Source: Deltaproteobacteria bacterium (GTDB lineage Bacteria > Myxococcota_A > UBA796 > UBA9615). Taken from it: a DNA stretch of 64,000 nt. The notes under the pieces are model-generated. The model saw nothing but the letters and a program-made list of their open reading frames with translations, did not search any database and had not been told where the DNA came from. The translations under genes were made by a program, and so were the position numbers. Location: contig JAGSHC010000003.1 in assembly GCA_023954745.1 (NCBI GenBank), positions 5,395 through 69,394 of the forward strand, read 5' to 3'. Positions 44,831 through 53,248 of the stretch are shown here, piece after piece. Each line of letters begins with the position of its first letter. Position 1 is the first letter of the stretch.

Positions 44831-45568
44831 GTGAGAGCCCTCCTCCTCGCCCTGTTCCTGCTCATCCCATCGCTTGCCCTCGCTGGCACGGATGGCGACG
44901 GCTTCACGGTCGAGGACGGGGACTGCGACGACGGCGACGACTCCGTGCATCCTGGAGCACCGGAGCTGTGCAACGGAGAGGACGAAGACTGCGACGGTCT
45001 CATCCCGCCCGACGAGATCGATCTGGACGCCGACGGCGTGCGCGTCTGCGCCGGGGACTGTGACGACCAGCGGGACTGGGTCCGGCCCGGGAACCCCGAG
45101 GGCGAGCTCTGCGACGGACTCGACAGCGACTGCACTGGGGGGCCCGGCCCCACCGAGGTGGACGCCGATGGTGATGGATGGCTCGCCTGCGCTGGCGATT
45201 GCGACGACACGAACGCCGCCGTGTTCCCCACCGCTCCCGAGGGCTGCGACGGGATCGACACCGACTGCGATGGGCTCCCCACCGACGCGGAGCTCGACTC
45301 CGACCAGGATGGCCAGCCCCCCTGCGCTGGAGACTGTGACGACAGCAACCCGGCGGTCCGGCTCGGGGCGCTCGAGCAGGACGACGGCATCGATGGCGAC
45401 TGCGACGGCACCATCGATGAGGGCTTCGAGGAGCCAGGCGACGATGACGACGCCGTCGGCGGCTGTGAGGTCCGCGGATGCGGGGTGTCCATCGCGAAGC
45501 CCGCCCAGGGAGCCTTCGTGCTCCTGCTCGCCCCCCTCCCGTTTCGGCGGCGGCGCCCGACATCCTGA
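44831..45568 (+). CDS. Secreted protein with four 'putative metal-binding motif' repeats (CxGDCDD...DC.G) and MYXO-CTERM
   Basis: MRALLLALFLLIPSLALAG signal peptide. An alternative GTG start lies at 44789. C-terminus GCEVRGCGVS...AFVLLLAPLPFRRRRP. Confidence 0.7.
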   Translation: MRALLLALFLLIPSLALAGTDGDGFTVEDGDCDDGDDSVHPGAPELCNGEDEDCDGLIPPDEIDLDADGVRVCAGDCDDQRDWVRPGNPEGELCDGLDSDCTGGPGPTEVDADGDGWLACAGDCDDTNAAVFPTAPEGCDGIDTDCDGLPTDAELDSDQDGQPPCAGDCDDSNPAVRLGALEQDDGIDGDCDGTIDEGFEEPGDDDDAVGGCEVRGCGVSIAKPAQGAFVLLLAPLPFRRRRPTS

Positions 45569-45622
45569 GCGCGGCGGAACCCTGACTGGACGCGGCTCCT
45601 TCCCCCGCCGCACAATGCCGTC

Positions 45623-46156
45623 ATGCGTATCGATCTCTCCGACCCCATCCCTCTGAGCGTCGACGAGGCGTTCCTCCTTCTGCGTGACGACATGCCGTCG
45701 CTGGTCCCGTACCTCGACGACTGCGAGTCCATCACGGTGAGCGACCGCAACTCCAGCGATGGAGACGAGACCGTGAGCCTGGTGAATCGCTGGGTCGCGG
45801 ATATGTCCCGCGTGCCGGCGGCGGTCCAGAAGTTCGCGACGAAGGAGCTGCTGAGCTGGGACGACCACGCCACCTGGACGGCGGCGACGAAGTCGTGCAC
45901 CTGGCGGCTTCAGCCCCTGCGTGGAACGCGGCTGTTCGACTGCTCGGGGACCACTGCGGTGGTGGAGGAGGGCGGGGGAGCCCGCCTGACGATGGCCATC
46001 GACCTCGTGATCTATCCCGAGAACGTGCCGGGCGTGCCCCGTTTCATCGCCAAGCGCATCAAGCCCCAGGCCGAGAAGCTCATCAGCGACAAGCTCGTGG
46101 GCAACATGCGCAATCTGTCGGTCAGCATTCGCCGGTACCACGAGGCGCGCAGCTAG
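45623..46156 (+). CDS. Hypothetical protein (SRPBCC/Bet v1-like fold suspected)
   Basis: Clean 177-aa ORF with a balanced amino-acid composition. Confidence 0.6.
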   Translation: MRIDLSDPIPLSVDEAFLLLRDDMPSLVPYLDDCESITVSDRNSSDGDETVSLVNRWVADMSRVPAAVQKFATKELLSWDDHATWTAATKSCTWRLQPLRGTRLFDCSGTTAVVEEGGGARLTMAIDLVIYPENVPGVPRFIAKRIKPQAEKLISDKLVGNMRNLSVSIRRYHEARS

Positions 46157-46183
46157 CTCTCCGCAGGAGCCCGCCGCCCCGAG

Positions 46184-46840
46184 CTATTCGACGCCGGGGT
46201 TCTCCACCAGATACCCCGGCCGGTCCTTGCGACGGATGTCCGGGACGGTGCAGTCGTCGGTGGGGTAGCCCACCGGCAGGAGCAGGAACGGCTTCTCGTT
46301 GCGGGGCCGCCCCAGGATGGTCCCCAGAAACTTCATGGGGCTCGGCGTGTGCGTGAGCGTCGCCAGACCCGCATCGTTGAGCGCCGCGATGAGGAACCCG
46401 CAGGCGATACCGATGCTGGTCTGCACGTAGTAGTGCTGGCCGCCGTCGGGCCCATTCTTCTGGGCGAAGCACACGATGAGCGCCGGAGCCTCCTCCAAGA
46501 ACGGCTTGTGCTCGTCGGTGCCGATGGCCGCGAGGTCGGCGAGCCAGGTGTCGTTGGCGCGGTTCTCGTAGAACTCCCGCTCCTCGATCTCCGCTCCCTC
46601 GCGAATGGCGGTCTTCAGCGCGGGATCCGTCACCAGCACGAAGGTCCACGGCTGCTTGTTGGCTCCCGAGGGCGCCTGCCCGGCGGCTTCGATGCAGCGA
46701 CGCACGACCTCGAGGGGCACGGGGTCGGTCTTGAAGAACCGCACCGACCGGCGGGCGCGAATGCGCTCGAGGAAGGCCTCGCTTCTGGCGTGCATCTCCG
46801 CCTCGTCGAGGCGCTCGAACACGAGGGGGACCTCTGTCAC
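46184..46840 (-). CDS. Nitroreductase-family flavoprotein
   Basis: GTG start overlaps the carbamoyltransferase stop (GTGA). [38 protein letters not shown] is nitroreductase-typical. Confidence 0.8.
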   Translation of the reverse strand: MTEVPLVFERLDEAEMHARSEAFLERIRARRSVRFFKTDPVPLEVVRRCIEAAGQAPSGANKQPWTFVLVTDPALKTAIREGAEIEEREFYENRANDTWLADLAAIGTDEHKPFLEEAPALIVCFAQKNGPDGGQHYYVQTSIGIACGFLIAALNDAGLATLTHTPSPMKFLGTILGRPRNEKPFLLLPVGYPTDDCTVPDIRRKDRPGYLVENPGVE

Positions 46841-48528
46841 GCGGGCTTCTGGCTCACGAGGAAGGGTCCCAGGACCAAGTGGTCGATGCCCGACGCAACG
46901 AACGCGCGCACGGCGTCTCGGGGCGACCGGACGATCGGCTCCTCGTGCATGTTGAACGAGGTGTTGATCACCGACGGGTTGCCGGTGCGCTCGTGGAACG
47001 CAGCGACGATGTCGTAGTAGTCGGCGTTGTCCTCGCGCCGGATCAGCTGGGGGCGCGCGGTGCCGTCGATGTGCACGACGCCGGGCGACTCCTTCTTCAT
47101 CCGGTCGGTGCAGTCGAAGCACACCGTCATGAAGCGAGCAGCGCTCTCCGCGCCCTCGAGGCCGAGGTAGCAGTCCTCGCGCTTCTCCCACAGGGTGACC
47201 GGGGCGAAGGGCATGAACTCGGTGCGCTGCAGCTTGGTGTTCAGCCAGTCGTTCACCTCGGGCACGTCCGGCCGAAACATCACGGTGCGGTTGCCCAGCG
47301 CGCGAGGACCCCACTCCATGCGCCCGGCGCATCGGGCAACGACCTTGTTGTCCACGAGCTTGTCGGCCACCTCGCCGGCCAGATCCGCGGGCCGCGTGTA
47401 CGGCAGCCCCGTGCGTTCGAGGGCGCGCTCATACTCCGCTTCGCTGAAGTCCCGCCCCATGTAGGAGTCCTTCAGCTCGTGGCAGACCACCGCCGACATG
47501 GCGAGGGCCGCACCAGCTGCGAGGCCGCCGTCTCCCATGTTGGGGTAGACGAAGAGGCTCTTCACCTCGGGGATCTCGTGGATGCGCTGGTTGAGCTTCA
47601 CGTTGGCGCAGGTGCCGCCTGCAAGAGCGATGTGGCCGCGCCCGGTCTTTCGCACCCAGTGGCGCACGAAGGCCACCACCTGCGTCTCGAGGTTGCGCTG
47701 GAGCGCGGCGGCGATCTGCTCGCGATCGAAGGTCTCGAGGAACCGGTGGAAGCGGTCCGTCTTGCTCTGTCGACGGAAGTAGTTCGTCAGGTTGAAGCCG
47801 CCGCGCTTCTCTTCGAAGTGGAACTGCTTGGCGAAGTGCGCGAGCAGCTCGGGCGGGGCCTCCTTGTAGGCGGCGAGGCCGGTGATCTTGCCCTCGTGCC
47901 GATTGGCTCGGAACCCCAGGTACTCGGTGATGCGCGAGTAGTAGGTGTTGATCGAGGCGAAGCCGCTCTGCCGATGGATGAGCTTGAGGTCGCCGCCGTG
48001 GCCCTCGGAGACGGTGCAGGACGTCCCGTCTCCCATGGCGTCGATGGTGAAGGCCAGAGCGTCGAGATGGGGCTGGCTACGGTACGCCGAGTAGGCATGA
48101 GCGCTGTGGTGCTCCAGCGTGGTCACCGGGGCGCCAAAGCCTCGGTCCCGCATGCGGCGCTGCAGCAGGCGCCGGGAGATGTCGGCCTCCATGGGCCAGG
48201 CGCCGGACTCCTTCACCGCCACCTGATAGGTGATGTAGGCGTTGAGCAGGGGGCTGTACTGGCTCGTCGTTGCCTTCGTGCCGTGGTGCAGCCCCGAGAA
48301 GCGACGCAGCGCCGTGGCTGGCGTGAAGTGGCTCCCGAAGACGATCCGGTCGATGTCCTTGGGTTCCAGGTTCGCGTGATAGAGCACGTCGGTGATGGCG
48401 TCCCAAGGGAAGGCCCCGCTGTTCTTGTCGCGGTCGACGCGCTCCTGGCCCACAGCGGCCACCAGCTCCCCGTCGATGACGAGGGCGGCGCTGGAGTCGT
48501 GGTTGTCGTTGATGCCGAGGATGTTCAC
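46837..48528 (-). CDS. NodU/CmcH-family carbamoyltransferase
   Basis: Start set at the GTG giving [20 protein letters not shown], the canonical N-terminus of this family. Family-wide similarity. The tracked extension to 48726 is Arg/Gly-rich. Confidence 0.8.
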   Translation of the reverse strand: MNILGINDNHDSSAALVIDGELVAAVGQERVDRDKNSGAFPWDAITDVLYHANLEPKDIDRIVFGSHFTPATALRRFSGLHHGTKATTSQYSPLLNAYITYQVAVKESGAWPMEADISRRLLQRRMRDRGFGAPVTTLEHHSAHAYSAYRSQPHLDALAFTIDAMGDGTSCTVSEGHGGDLKLIHRQSGFASINTYYSRITEYLGFRANRHEGKITGLAAYKEAPPELLAHFAKQFHFEEKRGGFNLTNYFRRQSKTDRFHRFLETFDREQIAAALQRNLETQVVAFVRHWVRKTGRGHIALAGGTCANVKLNQRIHEIPEVKSLFVYPNMGDGGLAAGAALAMSAVVCHELKDSYMGRDFSEAEYERALERTGLPYTRPADLAGEVADKLVDNKVVARCAGRMEWGPRALGNRTVMFRPDVPEVNDWLNTKLQRTEFMPFAPVTLWEKREDCYLGLEGAESAARFMTVCFDCTDRMKKESPGVVHIDGTARPQLIRREDNADYYDIVAAFHERTGNPSVINTSFNMHEEPIVRSPRDAVRAFVASGIDHLVLGPFLVSQKPA

Positions 48529-48580
48529 GAGCACGGGAGCATAGCTGCTCTCTTGCAGGGCCCGCAGGGGGGGGCCTACT

Positions 48581-49792
48581 GTGATTGAAGTGAGCCGGCA
48601 AGACAGCGACCCCCCTCTACCCGACGCGCGTCCATCCGACGTGCCGAACCCCGAGGTTCTCCCCGAGCCACGCGACGCCGTGCAGCGGGCCCACCGAGTC
48701 CCGCGGGGATTCCCTGATCGACACACCTACCTGCGGCTCGATCTGGGTGAAGAGGACACGCCCGCCTCGCCCAAGGTGGGTGAGGTCCTGCGGTCCTTGC
48801 CGGACTCCGTCCTGGCGCACTATCCAGACCCCTGGCCCCTGCGCAACCAGCTCTCGGAGCTCCACGATGTTCCGTCTTCGTGGATCTCCATCACAGCGGG
48901 TACGGACGAGGCGATTCGGCTCGTGTTCGATTGTTTTGTCGAGGAGGGAGCGCGCGTCCTGCTGCCCCGTCCTTCCGCAGGTGCCTACCTGGCCGCCGCG
49001 CAAGCGGGTGGCGCGTTCGTGGACCGGGTGGAGTTTGCCGAAGACCTGTCGTTCCCTCTCGAGGCCTTCCGGAAGCAGCTGACGGCGCGCACGCCTCGTC
49101 TCGCCGTGGTGGGGAACCCCAGCTCGCCCACGGGCACCGCCCTGGACCGGGACAAGCTCCTGCAACTGGCCGACGAGTCGCCGCGCACCCTCTTCCTCAT
49201 CGATGAGGTCTACGCGAGCTACCACGGCTGCTCGGTGTTGGAGCCTGGGCTGCGTGGGGGCGTGCCCCCCAACGTCGTGGTGATCCGCTCCTTCAGCAAG
49301 GACCACGGCCTCGCAGGGTTGAGGGTGGGCTACCTCGTAGGTCGCCCCGAGCTGCTCAATGCCATCTCGGTGGTCAAGCCCTCCTACACCATCGCCGCGC
49401 CATCGCTGCACGGAGCGATGACGGCCCTCGACGACCTCGACGCAATGCGTGGCCGCGTAGCTTCGCGCCGCATGCTCGCGGAGAAGCTGGCGGCGGCCCT
49501 CAGCGTGCGGGGCCTCGAGTCACGAGTGACACGCGCAGCGTTCGTTCTGATCCGTCTGACTCCTCCCATCTCCAACTGGGCGGCGGCGTTCGCGGCGCAA
49601 AAGGTGCTCGTGGGGACGCGAGGCCACGTGGGGCCGCTCGCTCCGTATGTGAGGGTCACGATCACCTCGGAGCTGGATCTGGAGACCTTCCTGGGGGTCC
49701 TTGACGCGGTGCTCGCGCGGGGCATCGCTGGCGCTCCGCGCGTCGAAGGCGCCGTGGGGGACTGGGACGACACCGGCGAGGGGATGGCGTAG
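48581..49792 (+). CDS. Class I/II PLP-dependent aminotransferase (histidinol-phosphate aminotransferase-like)
   Basis: IRSFSKDHGLAGLRVGY Schiff-base Lys motif. GNPSSPTG motif. Confidence 0.85.
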   Translation: MIEVSRQDSDPPLPDARPSDVPNPEVLPEPRDAVQRAHRVPRGFPDRHTYLRLDLGEEDTPASPKVGEVLRSLPDSVLAHYPDPWPLRNQLSELHDVPSSWISITAGTDEAIRLVFDCFVEEGARVLLPRPSAGAYLAAAQAGGAFVDRVEFAEDLSFPLEAFRKQLTARTPRLAVVGNPSSPTGTALDRDKLLQLADESPRTLFLIDEVYASYHGCSVLEPGLRGGVPPNVVVIRSFSKDHGLAGLRVGYLVGRPELLNAISVVKPSYTIAAPSLHGAMTALDDLDAMRGRVASRRMLAEKLAAALSVRGLESRVTRAAFVLIRLTPPISNWAAAFAAQKVLVGTRGHVGPLAPYVRVTITSELDLETFLGVLDAVLARGIAGAPRVEGAVGDWDDTGEGMA

Positions 49793-49802
49793 CGCCGGCG
49801 CT

Positions 49803-50402
49803 GTGGATCTCGCTTCCTGGCTCTCCATTGCTGCGGTCTGTGCTGCCGGGGCTGCGTCTCCCGGGCCGTCGCTGGCGGTGGTGGTGAAGAACACCGTGTC
49901 GGGAGGGCGGCTCCAAGGAGTGCTCACGGGTCTGGGACACGGCATCGGCGTTGGGATCTACGCCTTCGGCGCGGTCGCCGGTGTGTCGGCGCTGGTGGGC
50001 GGGGTGCCGGGTCTGCACCGGGCCATCGAGGTCGTGGGTGCGCTCTACCTTCTCTGGATGGGGATCTCGGCGCTTCGACATGCCGGCGAGGCAGGCGCTG
50101 AGCACGGAGTTGCCGGCCGGACCGGCTTCTCGGAGGGCTTCTTCGTTGCCTTCCTCAACCCGAAGATCGCGGTCTTCTTCCTCGCGCTGCTCGGCTCGTT
50201 CCTGCCCGTCGAGGCAGGGCTTCTCGAGCGCGCGGGCGTGGCTGGGCTGGCCATGGGCATCGATGCTGGTTGGTACATGTTTGCGGCGGTCGTCCTCGCG
50301 GGGACGGGCGCGGCGGGCTGGCTGGCCAATCACGGGACCTGGGTCGACCGAGGGCTCGGGGTTCTGCTCATCGCCGTCGCGGGGTGGCTGGTGCTCGCTT
50401 AG
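49803..50402 (+). CDS. LysE/RhtB-family amino-acid (or small-molecule) exporter
   Basis: GTG start 10 nt after the aminotransferase stop. SPGPS N-terminal motif. Six TM helices. Confidence 0.75.
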   Translation: MDLASWLSIAAVCAAGAASPGPSLAVVVKNTVSGGRLQGVLTGLGHGIGVGIYAFGAVAGVSALVGGVPGLHRAIEVVGALYLLWMGISALRHAGEAGAEHGVAGRTGFSEGFFVAFLNPKIAVFFLALLGSFLPVEAGLLERAGVAGLAMGIDAGWYMFAAVVLAGTGAAGWLANHGTWVDRGLGVLLIAVAGWLVLA

Positions 50403-50414
50403 CGCGCGGCGGTC

Positions 50415-51647
50415 TCAGACGGCGAAGACTGTGTCGGCGGTGCCCACCAGCGCGCGTCGGTAGAGCGCGTAGTTCGCCAGGGCGAGGAGGGGCAGCATCG
50501 CTGCGCCCACCACGGGGATCCACTGCAGGGCCAACAGGCCGATGGTGAGGAAGCGTGAGAGCCACCGCGTCGTGAAGCTCGCGCCGGGGCGCAGATAGCG
50601 GCGCAGGCCCCCGAGGAGGCTCAGGCGGTAGTAGATGATTCCCGGGATGAGGCCGAGCAACGGGATCGCGCCGAACAACGCACACACCAGCAGGGTCTTC
50701 GGGAGCTGACGCTGCACAGCGCTGAGGTACGCGTCGACGTCCGCGCGGCTGGCGAAGGCTTCCTTGCCGCAGGCGGAGCAGACCTGATCGAGCCGGGCCT
50801 TGCCCAGGCGCGTCGCACAGTGCGGGCATCGCTTCGCCGCGAGGAGGAGCTGGGGGTGACGTGGTCCGGCGGCCGACTCCTTGGGGCGGCCCAGGAAGCC
50901 GAGGGCTGAGGCGTCGCGCGCGGCGTTGCAGGAGGGGCAGTGGGGCGCGGAGGGATGGAGTTCCACCTCGCACGACCCGCAGGGCACTCGGCGAGATGCT
51001 TCTCGATGCGCGGTCCAGCGGTCGAGGGCGAAGAGCGCCGCTGCCGTCATGCCGAGGACCACGAGGGCGAGGGCCGGGAACACCGCGAGGGCCGCGACTC
51101 CGCCGAACACGAACGCGTCCTCGACCCACACCAGCGCGCCCTGGAGGCCGAGGTCGTCCTCCTCGTCCGCGTCGAGCAGGAACGAGAGCGCGCGCTTGCG
51201 CATCACCGCGAGCCAGAAGGTGAACAGCGCGGCCCCCGTGGCGAGGGCGTGGGAGGCATCGAGCCCTGCGTGCAGCACCCCCTCGGGCGCGTAGACGGTG
51301 AGCTCCTGGAGCATCGCCGAGGTCTGGGCGTCGGCGAGGCCCAGGTTGATTGCCAGCGCCGCGCCGAGCTTCAGGTACGGGCCGAGCTCGGTGAGCATGC
51401 GGCGGGCGTCGACGCTGCGCTCGGCGGTGGCTTCGAGCACCGCGAGGACACCCAGGACGATGACTGCCACGTCCGAGGTGAACCATGGCGGGGCGGCCTG
51501 GAGCGCCGTGATTGCCGAGGAGTCGGACAAGAAGGGGATCGCCCCGCCGAACCTGGCGGTGAGCGCCACGAGGAAGGCTGCGAGGAAAGCGCGAGACGCA
51601 AAGAGTGGCGCGGTCGCGAGCAGCTGCATCATTGCGAGAGCGTTCAT
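50415..51647 (-). CDS. DUF4126-like membrane protein with inserted double CxxC zinc-ribbon
   Basis: Multiple TM segments. CGSCEV...CPSCNA and CPHCAT...CSACGK motifs. Confidence 0.7.
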   Translation of the reverse strand: MNALAMMQLLATAPLFASRAFLAAFLVALTARFGGAIPFLSDSSAITALQAAPPWFTSDVAVIVLGVLAVLEATAERSVDARRMLTELGPYLKLGAALAINLGLADAQTSAMLQELTVYAPEGVLHAGLDASHALATGAALFTFWLAVMRKRALSFLLDADEEDDLGLQGALVWVEDAFVFGGVAALAVFPALALVVLGMTAAALFALDRWTAHREASRRVPCGSCEVELHPSAPHCPSCNAARDASALGFLGRPKESAAGPRHPQLLLAAKRCPHCATRLGKARLDQVCSACGKEAFASRADVDAYLSAVQRQLPKTLLVCALFGAIPLLGLIPGIIYYRLSLLGGLRRYLRPGASFTTRWLSRFLTIGLLALQWIPVVGAAMLPLLALANYALYRRALVGTADTVFAV

Positions 51648-51675
51648 GCCCTGACCTTACCCAGCGGGCCCCGCT

Positions 51676-52098
51676 TCATTGCATCGGGGCCGGGGCGGAC
51701 GGCCTCGCCAGAGTCGCCAGAACCTCGGAGACGCGAGGGGTCAGGAGGGAGGGGTCGGCCTCGATGGCCCGCACCGTCACGCTCAACGCGCGCACGCGCA
51801 GCGCCGCCGCGTCCTGGCCTTGCTCCTCCGCCGCGACCGCGCGCTTGGCGAGCATCATCCCCGTCAGGAGGAGACGTGGAGGGTCGGGTCGCCCGTCCCG
51901 GGCCAGGAAGGCGAGCAGTCCATCGAGATGCATGTCGGCGACCACGTCGACCGGAAAGCCCAGCAGCGCCTCGGCCTCCTCGTCGTCGAGTTCGTCCTCC
52001 TCGCCGTCCTCGACCTTCACTCCCAGTGCCTGAAGCACGCCCAGCGCAAAGCGCTGGATCTGTCGGAGGAGGAAGTCTTGGCTGGTGCGCTCGAACAT
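51676..52098 (-). CDS. Hypothetical acidic protein (140 aa)
   Basis: ATG start. Probably co-transcribed with the downstream membrane protein. Confidence 0.55.
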   Translation of the reverse strand: MFERTSQDFLLRQIQRFALGVLQALGVKVEDGEEDELDDEEAEALLGFPVDVVADMHLDGLLAFLARDGRPDPPRLLLTGMMLAKRAVAAEEQGQDAAALRVRALSVTVRAIEADPSLLTPRVSEVLATLARPSAPAPMQ

Positions 52099-52172
52099 GC
52101 GGCGAGCTTAGGACACCAAGCTCCCCGGAGTTTCGTCCCCAAGACCAACCCGGGACAATCCCTGTCCCGGGT

Positions 52173-53246
52173 GTGAGGTCTATTGTTTGGCCCTTGTCTA
52201 TTCCCACCGACCCATCGCTGTTTCCAGAGCCGCCTCCCATCGAAGAGGCGCCCGCCTGGACGGAGCGCCCCGCCCGCCCCCCGCTGGAGAATCGCTTCAG
52301 CTGGTCGCCCTCGCGCGCGCGTCTCTTCGGGGACTGCCGGCGGGCCTACTGGTATCGCTACTACGGCCAGTGGTTTGGATGGGAGGTGGACGCTCCTGCA
52401 AAGGTCCGCATCGCCTATCGCCTCGGGAAGATGGACACCCTGGACACCTGGGCCGGCACCATCGTGCACGACCTCATCGAGCAGGCCATCAAGAAGGCGC
52501 GCTGGGGCCGACCGATTCGGGGTGAGGAGCTCCGGCAGCAGGCCCGCGCCCGGCTGCGCGTCGGCTGGGTGCAGTCGCGGGATGGTCACTGGCGCCACGA
52601 GCCGAAGCGCTGCACCAACCTGATGGAGCACTACTACGCCGACTCCACCGGCCTCGGAAAGCCTCGCACCGACGCCATCGCCGAGCGGGTCTACACCGCT
52701 CTGGACAACTTCGTGAACGGCCCCTTTCCGGAGCTTCTCGCGCGTCTCCCCCGTGACCATTGGCGATCCATCGAAGGGCTCGACAGCCTCGAGGTCGCCG
52801 GTCAGACCGTCTACGTGAAGCCCGACCTCGCCTTCGAGCACCCCGACGACGGCACGACGTGGCTCGTGGACTGGAAGACCGGCCTACCGAGCGACAAGGA
52901 CGACTTTCAGGTCGCGACCTACGCGCTGTTCGCCGGATCGAAGTGGGGAGTGGCCCCCGAGAGCTGCCGCGGAGTGTTGGTCTACCTGGGTCTCGGTGAG
53001 GAGAAGCAGGTGGACGTCACCGCCGAGGCTCTCGCCAAGGCGCGCGCGGCCATCGAGGACTCCATCGCGGCGATGCGGGAGCCGCTGCGGGAGGTCGAGA
53101 AGAACGTGGCAGACCGACCGGACTTCCCGATGACCGACGACCGCACGCGGTGTGGCTTCTGCGCATTCCGTCAGCTCTGCTTCGGCGGGGAAGGCGTGCC
53201 GGGGGCGGCGCTCGCCGAAGACCCGGAGAACCCGGGCGGGAGCTGA
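52173..53246 (+). CDS. Cas4-like PD-(D/E)XK nuclease family protein with a four-Cys (Fe-S-type) arrangement
   Basis: PDLAFEHPDDGTTWLVDWKTG (D...E.K motif). N-terminal Cys (CRRAYWYRYY) plus C-terminal CGFCAFRQLC. Start is uncertain: GTG 52173, or TTG 52194. Confidence 0.6.
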   Translation: MRSIVWPLSIPTDPSLFPEPPPIEEAPAWTERPARPPLENRFSWSPSRARLFGDCRRAYWYRYYGQWFGWEVDAPAKVRIAYRLGKMDTLDTWAGTIVHDLIEQAIKKARWGRPIRGEELRQQARARLRVGWVQSRDGHWRHEPKRCTNLMEHYYADSTGLGKPRTDAIAERVYTALDNFVNGPFPELLARLPRDHWRSIEGLDSLEVAGQTVYVKPDLAFEHPDDGTTWLVDWKTGLPSDKDDFQVATYALFAGSKWGVAPESCRGVLVYLGLGEEKQVDVTAEALAKARAAIEDSIAAMREPLREVEKNVADRPDFPMTDDRTRCGFCAFRQLCFGGEGVPGAALAEDPENPGGS

Positions 53247-53248
53247 GT

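Noticed and set aside
50940-52172. N-terminal 410 codons of the tracked 768-aa plus ORF, and the similar N-extension of the AddB-like ORF from 53150.
   Set aside because: These extensions are antisense to, or overlap, supported genes. They are Arg-rich and arise only because the tracker uses the most upstream GTG/TTG. Real starts were placed after the preceding genes.
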